Positions 10,422 through 20,198 are shown, counted from the first letter of the stretch. The stretch is DNA of 64,000 nucleotides from Betaproteobacteria bacterium (GCA_037443665.1 JBBINW010000009.1:6182-70181); one strand, 5' to 3'. Program-made: numbers and translations. The notes: a model not told the origin generated them from the sequence alone.

Positions 10422-11240
10422 GTGGCCGAGATGAGCGCGACCTCCGAATCGATCGCCCTGAACCTGACCCTGCCGGTACGCTACGTCCTGCGCATCGCCG
10501 ACACCTGCCTGATCCACGCCCAGCGCCTGGCCGAGTGGTGTGGCCACGGCCCGGTGCTGGAGGAAGACATCGCGCTGACCAACATGGCGCTGGATCTGCT
10601 CGGGCAGGCGCGCGCCCTGCTCGGCCGTGCGGCGCGCCTCGAGGGGCAGGGCTTGGACGACGATCGTCTGGCTTTCCTGCGCGACGAGCGCGACTTCCTC
10701 AACCTCACCCTGGTCGAGCAGCCGATGCGCCGCAGCAGCGCACACAGCCCGGGCGGCGATTTCGCCGATACCGTGCTGCGCAACTTTTTGCTCGCGACTT
10801 GGCTGAAGGCGCTCTGGCAGGCCCTGACGACGTCGGCCGACGCCGACCTGGCCGCGATCGCCGCCAAGGCGCTGAAGGAGTCGCGCTACCACCAGCAGCA
10901 TGCCGCCGACTGGCTCGTGCGCCTGGGTGACGGCACGGCCGAATCGGCCGCTCGAATGCGCGCCGCGCTCGACCGCGCTTGGCCCTACACGGCGGAGATG
11001 TTCGCCGCCGATGCGGTCGATGCCCAAGCCGCGGCGACCGGCCTGGGCCCGTCGCGCGCGGCGTTGCAGGCCGGCTGGGACGACGAGGTGGCTGGCGTCC
11101 TCGCCGAGGCGACCCTGCAGGTGCCGGCGCGCACGCGTTTCATGAGCACCGGCACGCTGGGCCGGCACAGCGAGCACATGGGCTTCATCCTGGCCGAGAT
11201 GCAGTCACTGCAGCGACTGCACCCGGGAGGGCGTTGGTGA
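10422..11240 (+). CDS. paaC: Phenylacetyl-CoA epoxidase subunit C
   Basis: QRLAEWCGHGPVLEEDIA, KESRYH, HSEHMG. Confidence 0.93.
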   Translation: MAEMSATSESIALNLTLPVRYVLRIADTCLIHAQRLAEWCGHGPVLEEDIALTNMALDLLGQARALLGRAARLEGQGLDDDRLAFLRDERDFLNLTLVEQPMRRSSAHSPGGDFADTVLRNFLLATWLKALWQALTTSADADLAAIAAKALKESRYHQQHAADWLVRLGDGTAESAARMRAALDRAWPYTAEMFAADAVDAQAAATGLGPSRAALQAGWDDEVAGVLAEATLQVPARTRFMSTGTLGRHSEHMGFILAEMQSLQRLHPGGRW

Positions 11241-11752
11241 CGGCCGCCGCAGAGGTCGCCCCTCGCGAAGCCGCGGCCTGGGTCGTGCTCGAGACCGTGC
11301 CCGATCCCGAGGTGCCTGCGCTGTCGCTTTGCGACCTGGGCATCGTGCGTGCTGTGCACGCCGATGCCGGCGGGACGCGCGTCGTGCTCACGCCCACCTA
11401 CAGCGGCTGCCCGGCAACCGAGGTCATCATGCAGAGCGTCGTCGATGCGCTCACGGCCGCCGGCCTGGGCCCGGTGTCGATCACGCAGCAACTGGCGCCG
11501 GCCTGGACCACGGACTGGATGAGCGAGGCCGGCCGCGCCAAGCTGCTCGACTACGGCATCGCGCCGCCGGGGGCGGTGTGCGGCGGCGGCGACCGCGGTG
11601 TCGCGATCAGCATCCGCCCCCGCGGCGTGGACTGTCCGCGCTGCGGTAGCGCCGACACCGAGCGGCTGTCGGCGTTCGGCGCCACCGCGTGCAAGGCGCT
11701 GTACCGTTGCCGCGCCTGCCGCGAACCCTTCGAGCACTTCAAGTCGATATGA
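11237..11752 (+). CDS. paaD: Phenylacetyl-CoA epoxidase subunit D
   Basis: VPDPEVP, TPTYSGCPA, WTTDW, CPRCGS, CRACREPFEHFK. Confidence 0.93.
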   Translation: MTAAAEVAPREAAAWVVLETVPDPEVPALSLCDLGIVRAVHADAGGTRVVLTPTYSGCPATEVIMQSVVDALTAAGLGPVSITQQLAPAWTTDWMSEAGRAKLLDYGIAPPGAVCGGGDRGVAISIRPRGVDCPRCGSADTERLSAFGATACKALYRCRACREPFEHFKSI

Positions 11753-12801
11753 GCGGCCCGCACTTCCATCCATTGATGGTCCGCAGCGTCGAGCGGGTTG
11801 CCGACGATGCCGTGGCGGTCACGTTCGACGTGCCCGCGTCGCTGCGCGAGGCCTATGCCTTCGAGCCTGGCCAGTACCTCACGCTGCGGCATGGCGATCT
11901 GCGACGCGCCTATTCGATCTGTGCGGCGCCGGGCCAGCCGTTGCGTGTGGGCGTGCGCCGCGTCCCCGCGGGGGCGTTCTCGGGTTGGCTGCATGACCAT
12001 CTGAAGGCCGGCGACGTCATCGACGTGATGACCCCCGAAGGCCGCTTCGGCGCAGCGCTGGCGCGGCAACCACGCCATCTGCTGGCCGTGGCAGGCGGCA
12101 GCGGCATCACGCCGATCCTGTCGGTCGTCGCGGCGGCGCTGCAATCCAATCCTTCGGCCGGTTGCACGCTCGTTCTCGGCAACCGCAGCGCGGCGTCAAT
12201 GATGTTCCGCGAAGAGCTGCAAGACCTCAAGGACCGCTTCCTGTCCCGCCTGACACTCCACCCCATGTTTTCCCGCGAGCTGGGCGATGTGCCGTTGCAC
12301 TCTGGCCGGATCGATGCTGAGAAGCTGAAGGCGGTGATTCGGCTGGCTGGCCCCGTCGACGAGGCGTTCGTCTGCGGCCCATACGGGATGAGCGCGAAGG
12401 TCGAGGAGGCGCTGCGCGAGGCCGGACTGGACAGCACGCAGATCCACGTCGAGCGCTTCGGCCTGCCGCCCGAGGTGCTGGCGGCCGCCGAGGCGATGCC
12501 GCATCCCGCTGACGCCGCCAGCGCCCGCGTCCGCATCGTGCGCGATGGCGTCACGCGCGAGATCGCCTTCCTTCCGGGCGACGCGAACATCCTCGCCGCC
12601 GCTGCACGCGCCGGACTCGACATGCCGTATTCGTGCCGCTCGGGTATGTGCGCCACTTGCCGCGCGAAGCTGCTCGAAGGCCGCGTGCGCATGGACCGGA
12701 ACTTCGCGCTCGAGCCGGCCGACCTCGAGGCTGGCTTCATTCTGACGTGCCAGGCGCATCCGCTCACCGAACGGATCGTGCTCTCATTCGACGAGCGCTG
12801 A
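11749..12801 (+). CDS. paaE: Phenylacetyl-CoA epoxidase reductase subunit E (FNR plus 2Fe-2S)
   Basis: RRAYSIC, AGGSGITP, CRSGMCATC, LTCQ. Confidence 0.93.
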   Translation: MSGPHFHPLMVRSVERVADDAVAVTFDVPASLREAYAFEPGQYLTLRHGDLRRAYSICAAPGQPLRVGVRRVPAGAFSGWLHDHLKAGDVIDVMTPEGRFGAALARQPRHLLAVAGGSGITPILSVVAAALQSNPSAGCTLVLGNRSAASMMFREELQDLKDRFLSRLTLHPMFSRELGDVPLHSGRIDAEKLKAVIRLAGPVDEAFVCGPYGMSAKVEEALREAGLDSTQIHVERFGLPPEVLAAAEAMPHPADAASARVRIVRDGVTREIAFLPGDANILAAAARAGLDMPYSCRSGMCATCRAKLLEGRVRMDRNFALEPADLEAGFILTCQAHPLTERIVLSFDER

Positions 12802-12871
12802 TCTTGATCGCCCGCATTCGCCGCTTCCCGCGGGCACGGTCGGCGCTCTTCCTTAGGCCGGGGTTGCGCTG

Positions 12872-13612
12872 ATGGCCCGCCCCCGCTCCTCCCGCTTCGA
12901 CGGTCAGCGCGAACAGATCCTGGCCGCCGCGGCGCAACTCTTCGCTAGCCGCGGTTACATCGCGAGCACGATGAACGAGGTTGCCGCTGCCAGCGGTGTC
13001 TCTAAGGCTACGCTGTACCACTACGTGCGCAACAAGCACGACCTGCTGGCGCAGATCACGCGAAGCCATGTCGCCGTGCTGGAGTCACTGGTCGCCGATG
13101 TCGCCGCCGTTGGCCTGGCGCCTGAGTTGCACCTACGCGCGCTGATCGGGTGTTTCATGCAGGCCTACGTCCGGGCCGGCAATGAGCACCGGGTGCTCAC
13201 CGAGGACGTCAGGTTCCTGCTGCCGCAGGACCGAACCGCCGTGCTGGCGGCGCAGCGCCGCGTGATGGCCGCCGTCGCGGACGCGGTGGCTGCGCTGCGG
13301 CCCGAGCTGCGTGCGCCGCGGCTGCACAAGCCGCTGGCGATGCTCTTGTTCGGCATGATCAACTGGACCTTCACCTGGCTGAAGGTCGAAGGTAGCCTCA
13401 GCCACGCGACCCTGGCGCCGATCGTTGCCGATTTGTTCCTTGGCGGTCTGCCCGCAGTGGCGCCGACGCCGGAGCAGTGTCAGGCTGTGCGAGTCGGCCC
13501 GGGGCTTGCAGACGGTGTGCTCGCGGAGCCCATCGCGGCGTGCGCGAGCGACACCGGACGTCGTGTCGGGCACCGTATGCCGGTGCGTGTCGCGTCGACG
13601 CGCGGCACCTGA
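12872..13612 (+). CDS. TetR family transcriptional regulator, probably PaaR
   Basis: HTH STMNEVAAASGVSKATLYHY; MLLFGMINWTFTW; follows paaE; the last ~50 aa overlap the convergent gene and look non-conserved. Confidence 0.85.
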   Translation: MARPRSSRFDGQREQILAAAAQLFASRGYIASTMNEVAAASGVSKATLYHYVRNKHDLLAQITRSHVAVLESLVADVAAVGLAPELHLRALIGCFMQAYVRAGNEHRVLTEDVRFLLPQDRTAVLAAQRRVMAAVADAVAALRPELRAPRLHKPLAMLLFGMINWTFTWLKVEGSLSHATLAPIVADLFLGGLPAVAPTPEQCQAVRVGPGLADGVLAEPIAACASDTGRRVGHRMPVRVASTRGT

Positions 13613-14649
13613 GCGTCGGGGCCGAGGCCCCAGCCGTCGGTGGCCTGCTCGTCGCCATGGCTGAGCAGGCGGCCCCCGGCCAGTCCCCGCTCGACAACTC
13701 GGTCGAGCAGGCTTGCGGTGGCCACCTCGCCCAGGCTGAGCACGAAATGTTGCCAGCGCCGCTGAACGCGCTCGTGCAGCCAGGCGTCTTCCAAGGCCGG
13801 GCGCAGCGCCGGTCCCTGTGTTCCGGCCTCGAGCACGCGCGGCGCCAGCGCGCCGATGAATAGGTTGTAGTCGTGCCGCAGCGTGTGTGCCGGCAGCCAC
13901 TCGGCCACGGCACGCGTGCGCGCGGCCCAGCCGGGGTTGGCGAACTGCAGGGTCAGCAACGCCTGCAGCCCTTGCGCCGTGTTCAGCAGGCGCACCCGGT
14001 TGGGAGGCAGCGCGGCCAGCGGCAACCACGCGGCTTCGTGAAACGGCAGCGGCGTGGCGAAGGATCGCAGCGCGGCCAGCCGCATCCAGGCCGGCGCGTC
14101 GAGCCCGTCGATCGCCTCGCCCCCGGCCTCGACGCGGTGGGCGCGGCGAAGCGCTTCCAGCACGTCGACGCCGACGCGCACCCGTGCCGCACGCTGGCTG
14201 AGCAGGGCCAGGTTGCCGGCCGCGTAGCCGGCCTGCGGGTTCAGCCGCTCGATCACCGCCGCGTCGGATTGGCCCGCCGCGCCGCCGAGCGGCGTGCGCA
14301 GCACCGGGCAGCGCTCGGCGTGGATCTGCGCCAGGTAGTGCGGAGTGACTTGCTGGGTCTCGAAGGTGATGCCCCCGCGCCAAGCCAGCAGGCGCAGTGC
14401 GAGCCACTGCCGGGTCGCGCGCGACGCCGTCAGCGTCCGGGCGCCGAACACCGCGCGGCCGGCGCGCCAGCCCTGGCCCAGCGGCGTGCACTCGAGCAGC
14501 AACTCGGCCGGCGGCACGAGACCATGGTGAGCATGGTCCCAGCCGATGTCGAATCCCGTTCTCTCGACCTCGTCGGCCGGCCGGCCGGCGGGCTCCAGAT
14601 CCAGGGGCAAGGGCAGGGTGTTGGCGCGTGCCAGCGTGGTCGGGGTCAT
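13480..14649 (-). CDS. Hypothetical protein, about 389 aa, with a degenerate His-Me/HNH-like motif
   Basis: GGAGAC RBS before ATG 14649; GFDIGWDHAHH, CPVLRTPL...ERLNPQAGYAAGNLALLS. Confidence 0.75.
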   Translation of the reverse strand: MTPTTLARANTLPLPLDLEPAGRPADEVERTGFDIGWDHAHHGLVPPAELLLECTPLGQGWRAGRAVFGARTLTASRATRQWLALRLLAWRGGITFETQQVTPHYLAQIHAERCPVLRTPLGGAAGQSDAAVIERLNPQAGYAAGNLALLSQRAARVRVGVDVLEALRRAHRVEAGGEAIDGLDAPAWMRLAALRSFATPLPFHEAAWLPLAALPPNRVRLLNTAQGLQALLTLQFANPGWAARTRAVAEWLPAHTLRHDYNLFIGALAPRVLEAGTQGPALRPALEDAWLHERVQRRWQHFVLSLGEVATASLLDRVVERGLAGGRLLSHGDEQATDGWGLGPDAQVPRVDATRTGIRCPTRRPVSLAHAAMGSASTPSASPGPTRTA

Positions 14650-14859
14650 CGAAGTCTCCGGCGAGCACCCGGGCCCATGCCCGGCGTGCGGGGACAGTGT
14701 CGCAGCCAGGTGGCTCATGGCGTGAGCTACCTCGAGGGCATCGTTCGCGAGGTCGCGCCGGTGTCCGCCACCTTGAGGCTGCTGTCCGTCGACGGCGGAG
14801 CCGGATCCAGGGCCGGCCCGGCGCCCCGGCATGCCAGCGCCGCTGCGGCCGGCTCGCGC

Positions 14860-14865
14860 TAGAAT
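14860..14865 (+). promoter_or_regulatory. Putative -10 box for tRNA-Thr
   Basis: TAGAAT about 50 nt upstream of the tRNA. Confidence 0.5.
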
Positions 14866-14917
14866 CTCATGGGAAGGTTCCGACTGGTGCGGCGCGTGCG
14901 CCCGCTTGTCGGCCCAA

Positions 14918-14993
14918 GCCGGTGTAGCTCAGTTGGTAGAGCAGCGCATTCGTAATGCGAAGGTCACCAGTTCGAATCCGGTCTCCGGCACCA
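14918..14993 (+). tRNA. tRNA-Thr(CGT)
   Basis: 76-nt cloverleaf with GCCGGTG acceptor, TAGCTCAGTTGGTAGAGC D-arm, TTCGTAA anticodon loop, GTTCGAATC T-arm and encoded CCA. Confidence 0.97.
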
Positions 14994-15003
14994 GGAAACG
15001 ACG

Positions 15004-15040
15004 CGGGTCAGCAGGTGAGCATCTGCTGACCCGTTTGTCA
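15004..15040 (+). terminator. Probable intrinsic terminator after the tRNA
   Basis: 11-bp stem CGGGTCAGCAG/CTGCTGACCCG followed by TTTGT. Confidence 0.7.
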
Positions 15041-15117
15041 TTCTCGCCCCCGACGGGTTCGAACGAAGGCGCTGGACGCGTGTCGTCGGCGGGCATCGAG
15101 AGCGGAGTGCAAATGAA

Positions 15118-15747
15118 ATGGGTGAAACGAGAATCGCGCTGCGGTATGTCGCCATCTTGTTTTCGGTTGCCGTCGCTGCCGGCGCACAGGCACAGAGCGA
15201 TGTCAGCCAGAGCACCGATCCGGCGAAGGCGGCTGCAGTGGAGCGAGCCGTTCAGGAACTCAAGGCGCGGCGGGCGCGTGAACCCACGCCTACCTATGTC
15301 CGGTCGCCGGACGGACTGGTGCGCGGGACATCGGCGAGTGGCGTGGCATACGTCTCAGGTGGCGTCACCATAGACGAACGAAAGGCGCTGTATGCGATGC
15401 GCGCGCAATACAACCTGTGGGTGGCCACGGTCGCCAAGCCGTCTGGCGCCTACCTGTCCGACGCCAGGCTGCGGATCACGGACCTATCGGACCAGCGCGT
15501 GGTCATCGAGCAGACGATGTACGGTCCATGGTTCTTCTCAATGCTCCCGCCGGGCCGTTACGAGGTCTCGGGCACCGTGTTCACGGAAGGCACGGATACG
15601 CTGCAGACGATCGCTGCCGAGGTGCGGATCGTGGGCGGTACAACGCGCCAGGCCGTGCTTCGTTTCCCGTCCGCCGCCATCGTAGGGGCAGAGGCCGGAG
15701 CCGCTTTCGGCGGCAATCCGTTCGGAGCCTCGGCGCCGAAGCGCTGA
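15118..15747 (+). CDS. Exported hypothetical protein, carboxypeptidase-regulatory-like (beta-sandwich) domain
   Basis: Signal peptide ending AQA; YVSGG...E, GAYLSD, GPW...LPPGRYEV pattern. Confidence 0.7.
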   Translation: MGETRIALRYVAILFSVAVAAGAQAQSDVSQSTDPAKAAAVERAVQELKARRAREPTPTYVRSPDGLVRGTSASGVAYVSGGVTIDERKALYAMRAQYNLWVATVAKPSGAYLSDARLRITDLSDQRVVIEQTMYGPWFFSMLPPGRYEVSGTVFTEGTDTLQTIAAEVRIVGGTTRQAVLRFPSAAIVGAEAGAAFGGNPFGASAPKR

Positions 15748-15777
15748 TCGTTGGCTGCGATCGGCCGCGGCCCCTTT

Positions 15778-16230
15778 TCAGTGGGCCGCCTGCAACTCGA
15801 CGCCGACCTGGTCGAGCAGGATCTTGGGCCAGTCGGGCGGGAAGTTCAGCGGCGACAGCACGGGTTTGCTCACGATCTCGATCTCCGTGCGGTCGGCGGA
15901 CAGCGGCTTGACGAAGACAGCAATTCGTTCGCCCCAACTCCACAACGTCACACCGTGCGACAGAACGAGCCGACCGCTCGGCTTGTCGTCTTCGACGACC
16001 GCGAGCGCCTTCGCCTTGCCGGCGGCCTTGGTCGCGGCATACACGAGGTCGTAAGGCTTCTCGTAGATCCGGCTCACGCCCTGACCCTGGGCCTGTTTGA
16101 CCGTCTCGGTCGACGCGCAGCCCGCGACGACGAAGGTACAAGCGGCCCACAACGCCCGTCGGCGTGAAAAATCCAAAGGATCGCCTGTAGACCGTCTGTA
16201 TGTCGCTGAGGATCTCGATGATGTGACCAT
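15778..16230 (-). CDS. Hypothetical lipoprotein, possible Tat signal
   Basis: GGAGAGG RBS before ATG 16230; SRRRAL then lipobox VAGC. Confidence 0.65.
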   Translation of the reverse strand: MVTSSRSSATYRRSTGDPLDFSRRRALWAACTFVVAGCASTETVKQAQGQGVSRIYEKPYDLVYAATKAAGKAKALAVVEDDKPSGRLVLSHGVTLWSWGERIAVFVKPLSADRTEIEIVSKPVLSPLNFPPDWPKILLDQVGVELQAAH

Positions 16231-16406
16231 GCCTGCCTCTCCCCCGACGTTGTCGCCCCAGGGCCTCAGTGTCGACTTCTGGCGGGTGTCGAGCTTGAGC
16301 CCGATCACACCCGGCTGGCGGATGCTACCTATTCGGCGTTCGATCGGCCCAGGCCGACTACGTTGGGTGGAAAGGCCCGCGTGCGCCGCTCTCTACAATG
16401 GGCCGC

Positions 16407-17174
16407 ATGCGCATTCTCATCGCCAACGACGATGGTTATCTCGCCCCCGGGCTGGCAGCGCTGGTGCGGGCCTGCGAGGGCCTGGGTCACGTCGACGTGA
16501 TCGCGCCGGAGCAGAACGCCAGCGGCACCTCCAACGCGCTGACGCTGAACCGGCCGCTGCAGATCTTCGAGGCCCGCGGCGAGCACGTGCAGGGCTTTCG
16601 CGTCGTCAACGGCACGCCGTCGGACTGCGTCCACGTCGCGCTCACCGGGGTGCTCGGACACCGGCCCGATCTGGTGATCTCGGGCATCAACAACGGCGCC
16701 AACATGGGCGACGACACGGTGTATTCGGGCACGGTCGCGGCGGCGATGGAAGGCTACCTGTTCGGCGTGCCGGCGATCGCCTTCTCGCAGGTCGAAAAGG
16801 GGTGGAAGCAGCTGGACGCGGCTGCGGCCACGGCGCGCTCGGTGATCGAGCAAGTCCTGGCCGACCCGCCGGCCGGTCCGCGACCTTGGCTGCTCAACGT
16901 CAACATCCCGAATCGCGAGGACGCGGTCAGCCTGCCGCGCGTAGTCACCCGGCTCGGGCGGCGGCACGCCAGCGAGCCCGTTATCCGGCAGACCAACCCG
17001 CGCGGCGAGGCGATCTACTGGATCGGCCCGGCCGGCGATGCGCGCGAGTGTGGCGAGGGGACGGACTTCCATGCGGTCGCGCAGGGCTGCGTGTCGATCA
17101 CACCGCTGCAGGTGGATCTGACCGATCACGCATCGCGTGGCGACTGGGCGTCGCGCCTGGCTGCTCGGCGATGA
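16407..17174 (+). CDS. surE: 5'/3'-nucleotidase SurE
   Basis: [26 protein letters not shown]. Confidence 0.95.
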   Translation: MRILIANDDGYLAPGLAALVRACEGLGHVDVIAPEQNASGTSNALTLNRPLQIFEARGEHVQGFRVVNGTPSDCVHVALTGVLGHRPDLVISGINNGANMGDDTVYSGTVAAAMEGYLFGVPAIAFSQVEKGWKQLDAAAATARSVIEQVLADPPAGPRPWLLNVNIPNREDAVSLPRVVTRLGRRHASEPVIRQTNPRGEAIYWIGPAGDARECGEGTDFHAVAQGCVSITPLQVDLTDHASRGDWASRLAARR

Positions 17175-17238
17175 AGGGTGTCCGTTGCCCTGGCAGGCGT
17201 CGGCCGCCGGCGGCGCCGTCCGGTCACCTGGAGCCGCT

Positions 17239-18129
17239 TTGAGCCGGACGCCGCGGTTCCCGCTGGGGCTGGAACGTCTGCAAGGCGGTGGCCAGGGTGG
17301 TTCGGGCGCGCGCCCGCAGCCTGCGGCGCAGGCGTCCCAGGGCGATCGAGGCAACCCGACGGGCCGCAAAAAGGCGGCGGCCGAAGTACTGCGGCCGCAG
17401 CGTCCCCTGCACCAGGCGGCGCAGGATGCCGAGCAGCAGGCCGCAGGCCGAGGCCTGCCCAGTGGTCTGGGTCTGGATTCGGCAGCGGTGCGTGAACGCA
17501 TGGTGAAGCGGCTGCGCGAGGGCGGCATCGGCTGCGAGCAGGTGCTTCAGGCGCTGGCCCGGGTCGAGCGCCACCGCTTCGTTGACAGCGCGTTGGCAAC
17601 CCAGGCGTACGAGGACACCAGCCTGCCGATCGGTCATGCGCAGACGATCTCCAAGCCTTCCGTGGTCGCGCGCATGCTCGCCCTGCTGTTCGACGGTGCC
17701 CACGCGCACGAGCAGGGCGACCTGGGCCGGGCACTGGAGATCGGCACCGGTTGCGGCTACCAAGCTGCGTTGCTGTCGTTGCTGGCGCGCTCGGTGGTGT
17801 CGGTAGAGCGGCTGCGAGCGCTGCACGACAAGGCACGGCTGAACCTGTTCGACCATCGAGGCGGCGAGCTGCACCTGGTCTATGGCGACGGCCGGCTAGG
17901 CCACGCCCCGGGGGCACCCTATCAGAGCATCGTCGCGGCAGCGGGCGGCGATGCACTGCCCGAGGCCTGGATCGACCAACTCGCGGTGGGCGGGCGTCTG
18001 GTCGCTCCGATGCACGACCCCGCGCGTGGCGGCCAGGTGCTGCTGGTCGTGGACCGCCAGCCCGCAGGCCTGGTGCGGCGGTGGCTCGATGCCGTGCACT
18101 TCGTCCCTCTAAAATCCGGCGCTCAATGA
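17239..18129 (+). CDS. pcm: Protein-L-isoaspartate O-methyltransferase (start uncertain)
   Basis: LEIGTGCGYQAA, QTISKP, GGRLVAP; between surE and nlpD; TTG 17239 has GGAG upstream. Confidence 0.88.
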   Translation: MSRTPRFPLGLERLQGGGQGGSGARPQPAAQASQGDRGNPTGRKKAAAEVLRPQRPLHQAAQDAEQQAAGRGLPSGLGLDSAAVRERMVKRLREGGIGCEQVLQALARVERHRFVDSALATQAYEDTSLPIGHAQTISKPSVVARMLALLFDGAHAHEQGDLGRALEIGTGCGYQAALLSLLARSVVSVERLRALHDKARLNLFDHRGGELHLVYGDGRLGHAPGAPYQSIVAAAGGDALPEAWIDQLAVGGRLVAPMHDPARGGQVLLVVDRQPAGLVRRWLDAVHFVPLKSGAQ

Positions 18130-19064
18130 CCTGTCTCGAACCTGTCGAACCGGGCCGCCGCCACATGCCGCGGCCTTCTTGGGCCTGGGCTGTGGCCGCT
18201 GGGCTCGTGGTGCTCGCCGGCTGCGCATCGCCCAGCCACCGCGCGCCCGTGGAAGAGCGCAATCCGGCGCCCGTGCGCCCCGACGCAGCCAACCCTGCCG
18301 CGCCCGCATCGGCCGCCGAGGCAACGGTGGTCAAACCGGCGCCGCCGGGGATCGAGAACGCCGGCAAGCCCGGTTACTACACGGTCAAGCAAGGCGACAC
18401 ATTGCTGCGCGTCGCGCTCGAGAACGGTCAAAACTGGCGTGACCTCGCACGCTGGAACAACCTGGCCAACCCCAACGTGCTCGAGGTCGGCCAGGTGGTC
18501 CGGGTTGTGCCACCGGAACCCAACGCCAACGGCGTCGTCGTGCGCCCGGTGCTGCCGTCGGGCGCGTACGAAAGCCGGGCTGCCGTGGGGCAGTCATCCG
18601 CGCCGAGCGCTGCCGCCTCCGGCGTGGTGGCCGCCGCCGCGCCTCCGGCTGGTGCGGGGTCGGACGCGGCCGGCACCGCGGCGGCTGATTCCGACGAAAA
18701 CCTGCGCTGGGTCTGGCCGTCCGAAGGCCCGCTGCTGGCGCCCTTCGACGAGACCAAGACCAAGGGCCTGGAGATCGGCGGCAAGGCCGGCGACCCGGTA
18801 CTCGCCGCGGCCGACGGCCGCGTCGTCTATGCCGGGGCAGGCTTGCGTGGCTACGGCAACCTCGTGATCGTCAAGCACAACGCCACCTTCCTCAGCGCCT
18901 ACGCGCACAATCAGACGCTGCTGGTCAAAGAGGATGAGATCGTGCGCCGTGGACAGAAGATCGCCGAGATGGGCTCGAGCGACGCCGACAAGGTGGAGCT
19001 GCATTTCGAAATCCGCCGCCAGGGCAAGCCCATCGATCCGATGCGGCTGCTGCCGCCGCGCTAG
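18126..19064 (+). CDS. nlpD: LysM/M23 peptidase lipoprotein NlpD (start may be about 18165)
   Basis: Lipobox LAGC; LysM YTVKQGDTL; M23 GYGNLVIVKH, AYAHN, LHFEIR. Confidence 0.9.
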   Translation: MTCLEPVEPGRRHMPRPSWAWAVAAGLVVLAGCASPSHRAPVEERNPAPVRPDAANPAAPASAAEATVVKPAPPGIENAGKPGYYTVKQGDTLLRVALENGQNWRDLARWNNLANPNVLEVGQVVRVVPPEPNANGVVVRPVLPSGAYESRAAVGQSSAPSAAASGVVAAAAPPAGAGSDAAGTAAADSDENLRWVWPSEGPLLAPFDETKTKGLEIGGKAGDPVLAAADGRVVYAGAGLRGYGNLVIVKHNATFLSAYAHNQTLLVKEDEIVRRGQKIAEMGSSDADKVELHFEIRRQGKPIDPMRLLPPR

Positions 19065-19104
19065 GCGCCTGGCCTCCGCGCCGCCACGCTGATGGGCGAC
19101 GGGC

Positions 19105-20142
19105 ATGGTCACGCGCAAAACCGCACGCAGCCCGACGCCACACGCCGACGCGGCCGCGTTTGGGCGGCTGATGGCAGCGGCTCAGCAGGCCGAGGCAGCG
19201 CACGAGGCAGGTGCCGAGCCGCCACCTGAGGACCAACCGACGTCGGATGCCGACACCGCGCTGCTGGCCCCTTCGGAGCTGGCACGTGCCGACGGCGACC
19301 CCGGCGACACGCTGCAGAGCTATTTGCGCGACATCCGCCGAGCGCCGCTGCTGACGGCCGAAGAAGAGCACGAAACCGCGGTCCGCGCCCGCGCCGGCGA
19401 CTTCGAGGCCCGCCAGTGCATGATCGAGCGCAACCTGCGCCTGGTCGTGAGCATCGCCAAGAAGTATGCGGGCCGCGGCCTGCCGGTCAGCGACCTGATC
19501 GAGGAAGGCAACCTCGGGCTGATGCACGCCACGGCCAAGTTCGAACCCGAACGCGGCTACCGCTTTTCGACGTACGCGACGTGGTGGATTCGCCAGGGCG
19601 TAGAGCGTGCTCTGATGCAGCAGGCGCGGCTGATCCGGCTGCCGGTGCATGTGGTGCGCGAACTCAACCAGGTACTGCGCGCGCGCCGGGCGCTGGAGGC
19701 GGCTGGCAACGGGGCACGCGTGGTCGCCGCCGAGGACATCGCTGCCGCGATGGATCGCCCGGTGGCCGAGATCGCGGCATTGCTGCGGGTGGCCGAGCAG
19801 CCGACCTCGCTGGACGGGGTCCGCGAGGGTGCCGACGGTGAGCCCGGCGACGCGCTGCTCGATCAGGTGGCCGACGATCTGGCAGTGGATCCGCTCGGCC
19901 AGCGCCTGGACGCCGAAGCGCAGCAGTTGCTGGCCGCCGGCCTGGCCGCACTGCAGGCGCGCGAGCGCGAGGTGCTGATCGGCCGCTACGGCCTTCACGG
20001 ACGCGAGCCGCAGACGCTGGAAGACCTCGCCCTGCAGCTGCGCCTGACGCGCGAACGGGTGCGCCAGATCCAGCACGAGGCGCTGGTCAAGCTGCGCCGC
20101 GCGCTGGCGCGCCAGGGCGTGCACCGCGATTCGCTGTTCTGA
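19105..20142 (+). CDS. rpoS: RNA polymerase sigma factor RpoS
   Basis: [31 protein letters not shown], region 4 TRERVRQIQ; downstream of nlpD. Confidence 0.9.
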   Translation: MVTRKTARSPTPHADAAAFGRLMAAAQQAEAAHEAGAEPPPEDQPTSDADTALLAPSELARADGDPGDTLQSYLRDIRRAPLLTAEEEHETAVRARAGDFEARQCMIERNLRLVVSIAKKYAGRGLPVSDLIEEGNLGLMHATAKFEPERGYRFSTYATWWIRQGVERALMQQARLIRLPVHVVRELNQVLRARRALEAAGNGARVVAAEDIAAAMDRPVAEIAALLRVAEQPTSLDGVREGADGEPGDALLDQVADDLAVDPLGQRLDAEAQQLLAAGLAALQAREREVLIGRYGLHGREPQTLEDLALQLRLTRERVRQIQHEALVKLRRALARQGVHRDSLF

Positions 20143-20198
20143 ACGCTGACCGGCGGCAGGCCGCGTCGCGGCCCGGGCGGACCGGATAATCCGCCGTT

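Noticed and set aside
13460-13612. Functional C-terminal extension of the TetR regulator
   Set aside because: Low-information tail overlapping the convergent gene by 133 nt; more likely stop-codon drift
14970-16400. attL/attR duplication or integrase at tRNA-Thr
   Set aside because: No repeat of the tRNA 3' end found downstream (GGGTTCGAAC at about 15055 is too short and divergent) and no integrase gene
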